The position numbers and the translations under genes were made by a program. The notes beneath the pieces are model-generated. The model saw only the letters and a program-made list of their open reading frames with translations, made no database searches and was not told the DNA's origin. A stretch of DNA of 64,000 nucleotides from the human T2T-CHM13v2.0 reference genome, Homo sapiens: assembly GCF_009914755.1 (NCBI RefSeq), contig NC_060930.1. One strand, 5' to 3'. Each line of letters starts with the position of its first letter. The stretch's first letter is position 1. Of this stretch, positions 29,110 to 44,571 are shown piece after piece.

Positions 29110-29530
29110 AAATTCTGGAGGCCAGAAGTCCAATATTAGTATCACTAGGCTAATAGCGAGGTGTTGACAGGGACACTTCTGCAGCTCTGTAGGGGAGAAT
29201 TCATTCCTTGCCTCTTCCATACTTGAAGCCAATTCTTTGGTTCATGGTCCCTTCCACCATCAAAGTCAGCAATATAGCATCTTCAAATCACTCCCTCTGC
29301 TCCCATCATCACACCTCCTTCTGCCGTCTGAGTGTGTCTAATCTTTCTCTGCCGCTATCTTAGAAGAACATTTATGATGGCATTTAGGATCCACCCAGAT
29401 AATGCAGAACAATCTCCTCATCTCAAGATCCTTAACTTAATCACACCTGTGAAAACTTTACCAAGAAGGTAGAGTTTCCATAGAATAGGATCTGATAACT
29501 TTGGGGGGGGTCACCGTTCAGCCCACTCCA
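29110..29530 (-). mobile_element. MLT1C/D-type MaLR LTR
   Basis: TTCTGGAGGCCAGAAGTCCAA, ATCTCAAGATCCTTAACTTAATCACA, TTCAGCCCACTCCA. Confidence 0.82.
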
Positions 29531-29534
29531 GCTG

Positions 29535-29700
29535 CCAGTGCAATTAAATGGTGAAGAAAATCTTTTCAACAGACTGTACTGGAGTACTGGATATCTATAT
29601 GGAAAAAGATAAGGTATCCCTATTTAATGCTACATGTACAAATTAATTGGAAATGGATCATAGTATTAAATGTAAAAGATAAAACTATAAAGCTTTTAAT
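29535..29700 (+). mobile_element. L1M ORF2 fragment
   Basis: AATCTTTTCAACA..CTGGATATCTATATGGAAAAA..AAATGGATCATAG..AAAACTATAAAGCTTTTA. Confidence 0.65.
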
Positions 29701-30399
29701 ATCAGTGTTTTTCTGAATTGATATTCCTCAAAGCAGCTAGTATAGTGTGTGGTGTAAGAGAATTATGTAAGAGCTTAATCACCTCATTATCTCATTCATT
29801 TATTTAAATGTTGAAGGGAAATTTTAAACATGATGTATTTATACCCTCTCTGTTATAATAGGAATGTACTCCAATTTATAAAATGCATACACTGGAATAG
29901 GAAACTTTATATTAATTAAATAGGTGTGACGATGGCGAAATAAAGTGTTTGAGAACAATTAAGCCAGGAAAGAGGTTAGCAAATAAATTGCATGCTGGGA
30001 TTCTCAGGTCAGGTGACTTAAAATCTGACTCTTCTATCTGCTGACACAGAGGACATAATGTATAGTATTCATAAAATGTTAAAGTGTCTATAAAATAAAA
30101 ACATACTTGTTACCCAAAAGAATCACAGTTTTCTTGATACTGACACTCAGCAAAAATTTCTCCCTGAGTCTTCATGAAGAGAAAAGTGGTCTGTAGTGAA
30201 CACTTCCTCAATATCAGTCCTTCAATTAATTTAATAATTAGAGCTTCCAGGACAACATCTCAGTATGCCCCTCAGTGTAGGCAGATGAACTAAAGCCAAA
30301 GTGCACCTCAATAAAGCCAGTTCTACAGAGATTCAAATAATTGCCTAGGTCCCATAGCTGTCTAAAAGTTGAGTTTTATCCAAAATGAATAGGCATTAT

Positions 30400-30842
30400 G
30401 CAAAAGAAAATAAAAGGGATTTCCTCTTCAAATAAGTTTGAGAGACTCTGGGCTAAAAATGTTCAAGAGAGTAAACCTACTAAAAGTGTGAGGTGAACTT
30501 AATCTTTACTCATTTAGTTAATACTTAGGGAATAGGCACACTGGCTGTTAGAGAAGAAAACACACACACACACACACAAAACAATTATTCATGCCATTGT
30601 CTGATTTAAAAAAAAGCAAAAAAAAAAAAAGTCCAAGAGAGTTAATTGTTGTGGGACTCTTCAGAGCCTTTAATTCACTAATGTTTATTGTGAATTTTTA
30701 AAAAGTCATTATTTCCCATACTATCAAACTAATTTGCCTGGAATTAATTTCCCAATTATGTTTCTCAAGTTAACTATGTGGAGAATATTTTAGAGCATCT
30801 GTAGAAGCTAGTATTTTGCCAAAAACACTTTGATTAAAGTTG
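30400..30842. mobile_element. hAT-Charlie (Charlie4-like) remnant
   Basis: CAAATAAGTTTGAGA..CTGGGCTAAA, GACTCTTCAGAGCCTTTAAT..CTAATG..ATTGTGAAT. Confidence 0.55.
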
Positions 30843-33787
30843 ATCCAGAGAAACAATACATCTATGTAGTGCTACAGCTCTTGTCAAATTGAGGATTGTG
30901 TGTTATGAATTAGATGCAGAGGATAAAGGATGAGAGGAGGTCAAGAGAAACCTCATTTCTAGCTTGTATGAATGGGCAGCTACCTTTGCCCAGGCTCCAC
31001 ATCAGAGGACATTGTATTTTTCTGGTGTATGAGGCCTAAGAGTTGAGTTTCATCCTTGCAAACCAGTTTTCAGTAATGTGTTTGCATGAAGAAAAATTGG
31101 TGTTAAATGTAATCAAATGCATTAATCTGCAGCATTCCCCCCACTCATCAAAAAATAGGAAAAGCTGAAGAATTGAAGATGTTTACTTGGTTCAGAATAA
31201 GAACAATTTTAGATGAATACTTAGAAACAACAAACCCCAAAACAAAGGTCTTAGAAAAAGACATCTTCAAAACACACGACAGAATAAAAAAATTAATTTC
31301 TGTGAAAATAAAAGCAACTAATTTTGAATGTGCAAAGTAACCTCACAGTTTCCCAAACTTCCCTTCCCTGAAGCTTTTTGCTTAGAGAACAAAATGCTTC
31401 CCACTTCACTAGACCAGCTGTCTCTTAAAACACAGATAAGACCCGCTAATGCTGGGTTCCTGAGTGCCTGCTGGGGTGTCAGTTTCTCTCCGGCAGCAGA
31501 GCCCTTTTGCTCCCCATTATGATACACACAAGCATTCTATTAGGAGGGGAGAGCGCACATTAAAATGATGACAGGAGATTTCTCAGTGCCGGATATGTTT
31601 TGCCCTCGTATTCCAAGAAAGGTCAACAAGATTAAAGCTGCAATTTTCAAGGAAGAGAAATCATCCATGAACTTCCTTATTAGACATTCTATGCTACTGT
31701 ATTTTATAAGGAATATTATCTGCCAGACTAATTCTTTGTCTAGGCTAGTCTAGTCTTGCCCTGAAATAGCTAAGGAAGAAGCCTCAATGGCTTATTCTCT
31801 AACCCATAGTGTTTCCATCTATTCTGATTTAAGGACACAGGGAAAGAGATTTCTGCCCTAAAACATCCACCCTACTTTTTGAGTGGTACTGTCATTGTCA
31901 TAATTATAGACACACACTGCCCCTTGGGCCTATCTCAGGTAAATTAAGATGAGATCAAATACTTGAAGTGTGGTCTCATTTCTTAGACCTTACCAAGTAA
32001 GAATTAAAGAGCAGGTACTTTTAGGTATGGATCCCTGGGAGATACTGAATAAGGTCTTGGAAAACAACTAAATGCAATAAACTCAAAGAAAGGCAGGCCT
32101 AATGTGTAGCTAAGCCAAACGAGTCTGATGGACAATAAAGTTCTGTAAAGACAGGAGACCATAGCTATGAATTCATCTACTGTAGGGAAGGGAGCAAAGG
32201 TACCCAGAGTTAAGAAAGAAGAGTTAAGGCCAAAATGTAGAGAGGGAAGTAGGTGGTTTCTAAATAGAGATTAAATTTAGCATCTAAGAGTTGAGAGAAG
32301 AACCAAAGACGTCCCAGATTCCAAAAGCACAGTCCGGTGGGTATCTTCCAAAACTGGCATAGTCCAGAGAGAACAGATCCGGACTGCTAAGCAGGCTGGG
32401 CTAGCCGAGAATAGTCAGTTTACAGCGCAGCACAAATGGACATGTTCTCATAAGAGAATATGAATACTGAGACTTGATCAGCCTCTCTTCTTTCTTGCTT
32501 TTAGAAATACTGTGTAGGATAACTTGAAATGGGCTAGTCAGGAGGCATGTCTCCCTAGGCTACTTTAACTGTTTAACTGTATGATGAAGACAAGAACCTC
32601 AAGGAGCATTCAAAAAGAATCTTACAACTGACTTTCATAATTCCATTTCACCAAACAATGCATAGCTATCTTTTCCCTTCATCAATATTCTGAAGTCTTC
32701 CACTTTAGTATAATTAATTCTGAGACGAGGACTTTCAAATCCTCGTCTCCAGTCCACCCCGTTTTCTCACCACATCTTCCCTGGGATAGTGCCCATCTTC
32801 AGTCCCCAGATTCTTTCATGTGGGCTCTTTTCATGCTTAACTCTCTATTTTGCATAGACTCACCTTTTCCTCTGCCTTCTCATCAGCAGTCTCATATGTC
32901 CCACCCCACTTAACCTGACAAATCTCCAATTTTGGGTCAAGCGAACCACCACTTTTTCCTTGTGTCTGCATCCTGGGTGCTGAAAAAATCAAATTATATG
33001 ACTCCGTTGGTTATACTACAGAATAATGGTCTTTGGTCTTAGTTTATCCCTCAGGAACACATTTTTTCTTTAATTCATTCAACAAACTGTCATTGCTCAC
33101 TACTTTCCCAATACGTGCAGAGAAGTATTTCAAAGTGCTGATATATATGTCAAAAGTATCAAATATTGATGCAAGTTTGAATAATGAAGAGCTCTTATGA
33201 GATGCTTGAAATGATTAAGATGCATTAATTATCTTTTTACCTTGCCTTTTACCATAAGGATGACGACATCTTAGAATTTCTAAGGACACCCCCAAAACTA
33301 AATGTGAACAAGAACAGAGGCTAGCTGTCAGCATCCATGGAGACACAGATCTCAGAACCTTCCAAACATGGAACTTCAAGAAGAAAGCACTAAGAATCAG
33401 TGCTTTTCTCTCTCCTTCCCCTTTGAAGCTTTGGGTCCTTAGTGTTCTTTGAACTGCCTGGAGTTTCTGGCAGTATTACCCGACTGTCCTCTCTAGGTAA
33501 TACTCTCAGCTAGAAATATGTCCTCCATCTTACTCCGGTTTGTCTCAGAAAGCACTCTTGGGAGATATATTGTATGCCAGACTCTGTGTTGAGAACATAG
33601 ACATGAATATGATTCCTTCAACAAAGTCACTGAATTTCCTCTTGAACTTCCATTGAACTGACACTTTCTGATTGTTTTTATCATCTTAACTCAGAAGAAT
33701 TATCATAGTCTTATATGCAATTTGTATTAAGGGTAAGCCTTGGAAATGGACAGGTACATTTCTTCCTTGGAAAAAAGTGGGAAACCT

Positions 33788-34088
33788 GGCAGAGTTTGAT
33801 GGCTCATGCCTGTAGTCTTAGCACTTTGAGAGGCCAAGGCAGGAGGATCACTTGAGCCCAGGAGTTCGAGACCAGCCTGAGCAACATGGCAAGACCCTGT
33901 CTCTACAAAAAATAAAAAACTTAGCTGGGTGTGGTGACACACGCCTGTGGTACCAGCCACTGGGGAGGCTAAGCGGGGAGAATCACTTGAGCCCAGAAGG
34001 TTGAAGCTGCAGTGTTCATGCTGCTGCACTCCAGCCTGGGTGACACAGTGTAACCCTGTCTCAAATAAATAAATAAATAAATAAATAA
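33788..34088 (+). mobile_element. AluJ with (TAAA)n tail
   Basis: GGAGGATCACTTGAGCCCAGGAGTTCGAGACC. Confidence 0.93.
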
Positions 34089-34235
34089 CATGTTAAAATA
34101 GGAAGGTCAGAAGGATGGATAACCATCTAGATAAGCCCTAAGGAAGGTGAGTATGGGGAAAGCTGAAAACATCATACACTGGCAGCCTGCATTTCCCATG
34201 AATGACTCTGTGATTTCCCCTGCTGTGGGTTCACG

Positions 34236-34295
34236 GTAAGGGTGATGGGGACAGGGATGGAGTTGTAAGGGTGATGGGGACAGGGATGGAGTTGT
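34236..34295. repeat. Perfect 29-bp tandem duplication, G-rich
   Basis: GTAAGGGTGATGGGGACAGGGATGGAGTT x2. Confidence 0.95.
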
Positions 34296-34433
34296 GACCT
34301 TTGATGAGGTAAAGGTCTGGGATAGCTGTTATTAATACGAAAAGGAAAAGACAATCTGAGCACCTTTTCACAGCCCTAACTTACTGACTTACTAGGTTAT
34401 TTCACCTGACTTTTCTTAAGACCTGAATGCTAG

Positions 34434-34764
<331 letters not shown>

Positions 34765-34949
34765 TATCCTCCTTTTTATATTAAAAAATCTTCACTTTAA
34801 CCCTTTCAAATTAAAGTCTGTGCCATTGTATAATAGTTATTGAATAATAACTATTTTTCATTGGTTTCTATAATGTCTGAGCAGGAGATTAGAAAAGTGA
34901 ATGAGACTCTGCCTTAACCTTCAGGACACAGGCATGGGAGGCCATTCTG

Positions 34950-35190
34950 AGCAATAGTTAAGAGCACACGTTCTCACATGAGATGCTGAGGGTGTGAACC
35001 TGCACTCTGCCAGTTTTCAGTTATTTAATGTTAGACAAATTAACCTCATCATTCCTGGTATTTATATGTAAAATGGAGATAATTGATAGATTTATAGCAT
35101 TAGTTTGAAGATTAAATGATATTACACATGTAAATATTGTTCAGTTTAATGTCTAGTACAAGACAAAGTACTACATAAGTTTTAGCCTTT
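34950..35190 (+). mobile_element. MIR
   Basis: GTTAAGAGCAC..TGTAAAATGGAGATAAT..GAAGATTAAATGA. Confidence 0.75.
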
Positions 35191-36728
35191 ATTTTTAGCC
35201 CTGGCTCTCAAGACATAACCAGCTTAGGCTATGAGGATGTCAGTCATGGTGAGTAGAAGTTTCTCAGGGATTTACAAACTTACAAAATTTATAAGAGATA
35301 GGACTGTGGTTTAATTTTAACACTAAGTCAAGCTTGTTTAAATTCCAGAAAGGGACATCAAAGTACCAAATCAGGAATAAGTTGAATAATTTTGTCTCTT
35401 TTGGCCTAACATAATGATTTATCTCTTGTCCCTTTTCTTTGCTCTTCTGTCTTCACTCTCTCCCTGGTAATCTCATTTAATATCAAGAGTCAAGCCATCA
35501 TCTTGAGAGAATTGAGTCTCAAATATCTTTCCTGAACTCCAGACCCATACTTGCAACATCCTGAAAAATATTTTTGCCTGGATGTTCCCCGAACCTAGGA
35601 AACTGTATTTTGCCTTCTTCATCTTGGTGTCTAATCTTCACTTATAAGAAGTATAAATATATTTGTGTTTAAATGGATATAGTGAAGAGAATATGCAAAT
35701 ACATACATGTAAATGAATGAGTAAATGAATAAAACTTGTGAACAGTTTTTCAATTTAGACTAAGATTAGCATATAAAAAGCCTTCAAACTATTTCCCATT
35801 CATGAAGTCAAACTAAGTTGAAAAATAACATGCTGACTTCATTCTTCAATTTGGAATAGATGTCTAAAAGTGGGGTTTGGTGAAGAACCTGTCCTGCCAC
35901 CCAAAGTCAGCAAAAAGGCTTAGGCAGCAAAATAGTGAGATAGAAAGGAGATTGTCAACCTCAGTCACAGGTAGATCACAGACACACACTTGCATAATCA
36001 TTGCTCTAAGTCCAAGCAATTTCTAAGGGTAGGAAAAAGCTAGACGGTCTATATCAAGTAAACTTGGCTGTGCACTGCAAGCATCAACCTTCTTTATGGA
36101 AAGCATGTGAGTTGTGAGTACAAGGGATGGGGATAATGGTAGACCCCACTGACAGTGGACCAGGAACTAAACATATAAATACATCCCCACCCTCTACTCA
36201 TGGTCTAGACTCCAGTGAAAAAAGATAAGGAAGTAAAAAGTTGGAGAAAGTATGTAAGAAACAGAGCTCCCTCTCATTAGTTTTATTTATTTAACAAAAA
36301 ACTCCTGAATGCCCTCCAAGTTTCAGGGACTGTTACATGGTCTGTCAGATAACCTAATCAAACCATGTGATAGGAGTGGTATTTGGTGTCCACACAAGTC
36401 TACTGTACTCTGGGGAGAAGTTGCTGCAACATTTCCAAGTCCTTCTGACTCCTTTTGAATACACACACATACACACATACACATGTGTCTGAAACTACGG
36501 TGTGGTGGGATGAAAGGGGCATGACCTTCTGTTCAGGCGACCAATGTCTTGGAGTAGAAGGACACAACTTTCTCTAATCTTTGTCACCAGGAGAACTTCA
36601 GTGTCAGCCTCATGAGGCCTCTACAGGCTGGCCTCCACTGAAGAATTCAATAGTAAGCCAGAGAGACAGATGGAGACTGGAAGATTTTGATTCCTTATCC
36701 TGGCCAAGTTTAATATTTCCAAGAACTT

Positions 36729-37191
36729 GTATCCCCTCAAAAGATATATTAAAGTCCTAATTCCTGTACCGGAGAATGTGACCTTATTTGGAGATAAGGT
36801 TTTTACAGAGGTAAACAAGTTAAAACAAGCTTATTAGGTTCGACCCTAACCTTATATGACAGGTTATATAAAAAGGGGATGTTTCTTATAAAAAGGGGAT
36901 GTTGGGGGCACAGACACGTGTTCAGGGAGAATGCTATGTGAGGATGAAGGCAGAGATCAGGGTAAGGCTTGTTCGTAACAAAGAATGCCAAAGATTGCCA
37001 GCAAACCACTAAAAGTAAGGGATAGGCATGGGACAGATTCCCCACCCAGCCCTCAGAAGGAACCAACCCTACTGACACCTTGGCCTCAGACTTCCAGCCT
37101 CCAGAACTAAGAGAAAAAATTTCTGTTGTTTAAGACTGTCACTAAGTTTTTGGTATGTGCTTTATTGTGGCAGCCCTAACAAGCTGATACA
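36729..37191 (+). mobile_element. MLT1B/C-type MaLR LTR
   Basis: GAATGTGACCTTATTTGGAGATAAGG, CAGCCCTCAGAAGGAACCAACCCT, GCAGCCCTAACAAGCTGATACA. Confidence 0.88.
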
Positions 37192-37808
37192 CAAGGCTAA
37201 TGCTCCAAACTGTTCTGGAAACTAAATTGTATCCAGGTTCATATGCTACCTCATAGGAGATGTGAATGCCTATCAAAATCTTTTCAAATTTATGTTAATA
37301 GCATTGAAAGTGAAAAGAAAAAAGAGCAAATATTGTCTCTTCAGAATGATTCTCCCAAAATAATGACAATGTGCTCTTTGAAAAGCTCCTCTCTTTGGAA
37401 AAGGCATCCTATATCCTAATCATTTGTTTCCAGCTGAGACAAAGAACTGCTCTTTTATTTCAACAGCAGATAACCACGTTTCAACAATCAAGCCAAAACA
37501 GCAGTAATTAACATAAACTGTCTTATGAGTTGCTTGTACACTACCTCATTTTGTCTCATGAGCAGGGCTATGAGATAAATTAATTAAAAACCAGAACAGA
37601 CGAAAGATGGGCAAGTTTGGGTGTATTAATACTTACTATGAAATTATGATTATGACAACTTAGATAAAGTGAAAACTATTTAAACAAGGCTTCATTGTTT
37701 CCTTGTTGTAGGCTAATAATCATCACCACTCAATTCTGGCATCAAACCAGAGCTCAGGGAGGCATTGTGACTTGCAAGTGAAGAGAATGTATTCTAACCT
37801 GGGTTCAG

Positions 37809-39080
<1,272 letters not shown>

Positions 39081-39469
39081 GGTTCTTGCCTGGATTCTCC
39101 CAGTAACTTACTATATCCTGAGCAATCCACTAATCTCTATGGGAGTCATTTTCCATGTCTGTGAAATAAGAAGGAACAAACTCTCATACTACTCAAAAAT
39201 TCTATGGACCTGCACGTTTCATGCCATTTCTTTCTCATCTTTCCTTATCCATTTTACAGCAGTCTCACCCACTCCTACTCACAAGAATGTAAATTCTATA
39301 AAGGCAGGGACTTGCTCACCACTTTATCCACAATGAGTAGAACCGGGCTTAGAATATAGTAGGTCCTCTTTTAAATTTATAATGAATGAAGAAATAATAA
39401 ACAACACCCTCACCACTGTACTAGCTAATCTTCCCCACTCTCTTTATTCATATAATAAGACCTAGGACC

Positions 39470-39757
39470 AAACACTTTAAAAGCATAGTACATTGAAACC
39501 AAAAATCAGCTCTAGCCTAATGATGTAGTTTTGATGACCTATGCGATTAATACAAATATAGTGCCAACATTTTAAATTTGGGAAATTTCACATTAGATAC
39601 AACATTCCAGTTATTTTTTTAAACCCTAAAGGCATGGTGCTACTCATCTGAAGTAGAGCTGGGCACACTCTCAAGTTTGTCATAGACTTATTGGGCCTGC
39701 TTCTCTCATGAATGTCACCTGGGGTCCCCTCTAAATATTTGAGTTAGTGATCCCTGT
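39470..39757. mobile_element. MER102-like hAT MITE
   Basis: TGCCAACATTTTAAATTTGGGAAATTTCACAT..GAGTTAGTGATCCCTG. Confidence 0.55.
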
Positions 39758-41954
39758 TTTAGATCATCTGGAGAGAAATAAGAGAGATGATATTGAGGAT
39801 TTCAAGTCACCCACAGTGACATGGCTTATTGGCATTTTTTTGTCTACCCTCTCAGGGCCAGCATTCTAACAAGCAAAGCATCACCATGCCTGGGCCTGCC
39901 CATGGTATGGGTAAGGGTGTGTCTCACACCAAATCCTTTTCCATAGACCCTTGGCAGTGTCTCTTTGTAGCCTCAAGTTGTCTAGTTTAATAGAAAGCCT
40001 CTGACACATAAATAATTCCTAACAAGGTCCTAATAAATCAATGAGCTAATCCTTCTCCAAAGCAATTTCATTTTAAAGAAACTCTAGCCAGAGAATTGCA
40101 ATGCTCTACCCATTCATTTAATTTCAGTTGCTGTGATACCTAAGTTCAGGACATAGTTTTGATGAGAAAAGAGAGTTGAAGCACAACTAGAATCATATCA
40201 ACAAGTTAATGTCTATTTTTCTGATTTTTAAAGTTTACAGTGTATATAGAACAGCTCTAAAGTAAGGTCTGTGACTTTCAAAAAGTAGATAATATTATAT
40301 TTCTAAGTACTTGTGATTAGGTATAAGTTCATACTAATCAGATATGTATAATTCATAAGCACTTGGGGTGATATTTATGACCAGGTACTATTACATTAGA
40401 ATATGTATATCACAGTATATATGTATGAATTAAAAATTTTCATATATATGTGTCTATGTGTGTATGTGTGTATACACACATGCACACACACACACATATA
40501 TAGAGAGAGAAAAGAGATCACATTTATGATAAGCTATTAACTTTTTATAATATGTATTCAATAAACACATATCAGAATCAGAAAGATTATTGTAAATTTA
40601 AAAATGATTTCATTTGATAGTGAAAATCTATATATTCTTATAGCGCAAGACCCTGCACTGTTTTCTAATAAGATATTTAAAACCAAACCAAATGCTCAGA
40701 ACATTTTTTTCCAGCAAGAAAATAAAATTGTTTCATTTGTTTTAGTCCAAAGAACATGCTTTAGCAAGGCCTTTGTCTTGAGGATTTTACCATTGTCCTT
40801 GAAACTCACTTCAAAATTTAGTCTTTTTAAAACTGCACAAGTAAAAAAGGAAACTTTCTTTCCCTATAAAATTTAATTTACATGTAAAATTAATTTGAAA
40901 TCTAACATAAAGTCAGATTTTTACAAGCATTATTCCAAAACTCATGACAAGAAAAGGTCACTTGTACAATTTCATGCCTCGCACTTAATTTCTTCTTAAG
41001 TAAAGCAATTGAAAAATTCATTAATTTTTGTCTTGATCATTAGCTTGGAAGTTTTCATTTAATGAGACCATCAATTGAAGCTATTTTATGTATTCTATGG
41101 TTGCCTCTGAGGTTAACTCTCTATTACCAGTTTTAACCATGCTATAGTCCAGACAACATTTTTATTTGCTGACTTGTTCGAATAGTTACAGTTTTCTATA
41201 CCCTGGGCGTTATAATTATTCTAACTTTCCTCCAAAATCTTGTGATCTTTTGCCCCCAGGGCCAGTAAGGATGCATGTTCAGTGACACCATTCAGGCTCT
41301 GCTTGCCGCTTGGAGTGGAGTTTGGAGAAGGGTGGGGATGCATTTGCCTTTCATGCCTTCTCCCATCCAATTTACCCTGAAGAGAGCATGCTACTATTTA
41401 AGTGGCCAGGGCCCTCAAAAGCCCCTGCTACTGCATATCAGATACATACATCCTGGGTTTAAAACTGTGAACAATAAATGACCTGGGCATTTTTTTTCTG
41501 TTTTTTTTTTTTTCCTACTTTACTGATTTTTCCACTTGTATTTCTCCCTCTTTCCTTATTTTGACTTTTTAGTGTCTTTGTGTGTTTTCTTAACTTTTGA
41601 ATTGTATGTTTATTGCTTTTATTTTCTTTCTTTTAAAAATGTTAACATGGTTTCTATAAGCTTTTTTTGTAGAAATTCTATAATTTTGATTTGTATATTT
41701 CCTTTGACTCAAGATTTATTTTTAAAAGGATTCTTGTCTCCAATCAGGTAGATTTTACTTTTTGTTATTGGTTTCTAGTCACACTGCATATTTATATTGG
41801 CAGATGTTACTTGCATAATTTATTATTGATTTATTATTCTTTAATGATTGGGCAAGAGATCCTTTTTGTATTGTGAATTTATTTTCAAATATGTCTCAAA
41901 CTACTTTTTCTTATTTTCTTGCTGACTCTTTTGGCTCTACCAGGCAGGGAGCAA

Positions 41955-42500
41955 GAGGGGCACAGTAGTATACAGAACACAGACGTGGACCCCAGTCAGA
42001 CCCGAGTGTGAATCTCTGCTGGGCTTCCTGGCTGTGTGACTGGGGCAAAGCGATCTTTTAGTTTCAGTTTCCTCAACTGAACAAATGCTAAGATTAAAGG
42101 AGATAATGTATGCAAAGGGTTTAAAGGGGTACCAGGAAAATGGTTGTTATTCATCATCATCATCATCATCACTGTGATTACTCTTGTCTACTTCACTACC
42201 AATAAATTACTTACATAAAAATTGCTTTTATAAAATTCCTGGAGAAATTGGAAACAGTTGCCTAGCTAATGTGAATAGAGGATACAAACACACACATACA
42301 TAGAGAGATACATGCATGCTATACACAATTTTATTAATCTTTTTATTAATCCTATGAAGTAAGTAAAGTGAGAAATATTCCACCCATTATATAAAGAGAT
42401 CATGATTAGATAATCTATGGCACCACCTTCAATGACTAAGGAACTACTAATTCCAGGGGTTTGACCCAGGCCTTCTAATTAAAACTATATTCTACGTAAT
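41955..42500. mobile_element. Two MIR fragments (41955-42175 +, 42330-42500 -)
   Basis: GGCTGTGTGACTGGGGCAAAG..TCAGTTTCCTCA; AATCCTATGAAGTAAG..CCCATT..TTTGACCCAGG. Confidence 0.65.
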
Positions 42501-43270
42501 CACACATTCCTACTTGATTTAATTTATGTTGCTCAAGTAATTTCTGAGTATGCATCAGATAACTGTGAAGTATTTGTTAAAGCAGGCCATTATCAGTAGT
42601 AGTCATGGTACATGTTCCTATTTCCAAGGACAAGAATATAGGTTAAGAAATAGCCCAGTCTAATTGGATCTACATTCATGCTCTTAATGTGTAAGGGAAG
42701 CATGGGATAAGAGAACATGAGTGAAGAACAAGTTTAAGACATTTTTTGTTTGGTTATGTTTTTGACACCAGCAATCTGAAATTCTGAAAAAATCCCATTT
42801 GCAACAATGAGACATCTTAGCTGCTTTCCTCACGAAGTCCAGAGAATTGTGGATTTTTTTCAAAGCTAGAAGACCTTTGAGACGGAGGTCAGGAAAAGCA
42901 AAAGATGTTCCAACGAGTGCTGTCTGGGCAAGCCATTTCAAAATATTAAATGGGTTATTGTCTCTCAAAAAAACACTACTGGGAGCTATATTATTCTATT
43001 ATATATATAGAAGCCTCATTTTATTGATATCTCCCAGGAGTTCTGAAGTGCTTTGTAACTGACTGGTTCCCCAACCCCCACCTCTGGAGAATGACAGAAA
43101 AGATAGTGATCCCGACCTTGCATCTAAACTGCCTGCACGGGCATCTTTGATGTACCTACAGCAGACTTGGACACGGGTGCTAATGCTGCACAGTGCCCCT
43201 TCGGTTCTTCTTCAGTCCAGGTGATAGATTACAGAGATAGCAGTTTGACTTTGGATTATAAAGAACACCA

Positions 43271-43517
43271 TTGGGAGGCAGAGGCAGGTGGATTGCCTGA
43301 GCTCAGGAGTTGGAGACCAGGCTGGCCAACATGGCGAAACCCTGTCTCTAATAAATATACAAAAAAAATTAGCCAGTCATGGTGGCGCATGCCTGTAGTC
43401 CCAACTACTTGGGAGGCTGAGGCATGAGAATTGCTTGAACCTGAAAGGGTGGAGGCTGCAGTGAGCTGAGATCATGCCACTGCACTCCAGCCTGGGTGAC
43501 AGAAGGAGACTCTGTCA

Positions 43518-43560
<43 letters not shown>

Positions 43561-43562
43561 AA
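43271..43562 (+). mobile_element. 5'-truncated AluS with (TAAA)n tail
   Basis: Alu sequence; about 11 TAAA units. Confidence 0.93.
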
Positions 43563-44571
43563 CAATGTCCCTATAACATTGTAAAATGTTAGTTTACCAA
43601 AGAAAGTATCCATTTCACATTTGATTCCTGGGTAATTTTTAGAAAACGATCCTTTCATAAAAAGGCCTCTGTGTTTGTTTGGTGAGAAAAAACAAACAAA
43701 TTCAAACCTAAAAGGAAGAGTGTGCACTGGAGTGGGAGATGTTTGCAAGGGAGTGTGCTCACCTTTCACAATGATTATTTAACAAGCATGTATTGAGCCC
43801 CTATTGAATGCTCAAAGATAATAGAAAAGTACTTTCCGTACAAGGAAGACTCCCGTTCAAAGTAGGAGTGAGATTGACAAGTGGTTCCAGATTTTCAGAC
43901 ACATGACCTCCTTTCAGGGCCTTCTCTTTAAATCATCAGTTTTGTTCCATTGCTAGGGAACTCCCCTTTGACATACAAGCATTCAGCTACAGCCGTGCCC
44001 AGGAACACTATGCAGCCAGGACATTTGTGTCCTGTGAGACCTGTGAGAGGTACCCCAAACCTTGGGGTACCTCTATCTCTTCTGGTCCCTTGACCACTAA
44101 AATACACTTCCTCTCTTCTTTGAAAGTGTAATGGTTTTTGCCCCTAAGAGTTGTAAAAATACCAACAGGATTTATTTCATTTTTCATCAATCTCCTGGGA
44201 TGGTTGGACTGAGAGAAAAATATAGACTAGTAAATTTTCATTGTATGTATGCACAGTTGATCTGAGCATGAAATAGTACTCATTGATATGGTTGAAATAT
44301 CTGCAGAAATCCACAGATCTGCCTTGCAAAACCAAGTATCAGGACACTTTGATGACATATATGCAGGAAAAGATGGTAAAAGCATAAAAATTCTCACAAT
44401 CCAACTGAGAACCTAGAAAAGAAAATGCGCAAGCTGTGCACATTGAAATTTGCTTTTTAAAAAACATAAACATAAAGCTTTAGTCAATGTAGTTTTATAT
44501 CAATTCATTCATACTCAGTCTTGTTTAAACTATTGTTATCTACTAATAATTAATTTACAATAAAATTATTG

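Noticed and set aside
32822-32838. GGCTCTTTTCATGCT resembling the histone 3' stem-loop (also GGACTCTTCAGAGCC near 30655)
   Set aside because: The stem is incomplete, no histone ORF lies upstream, and the second match is inside a Charlie remnant
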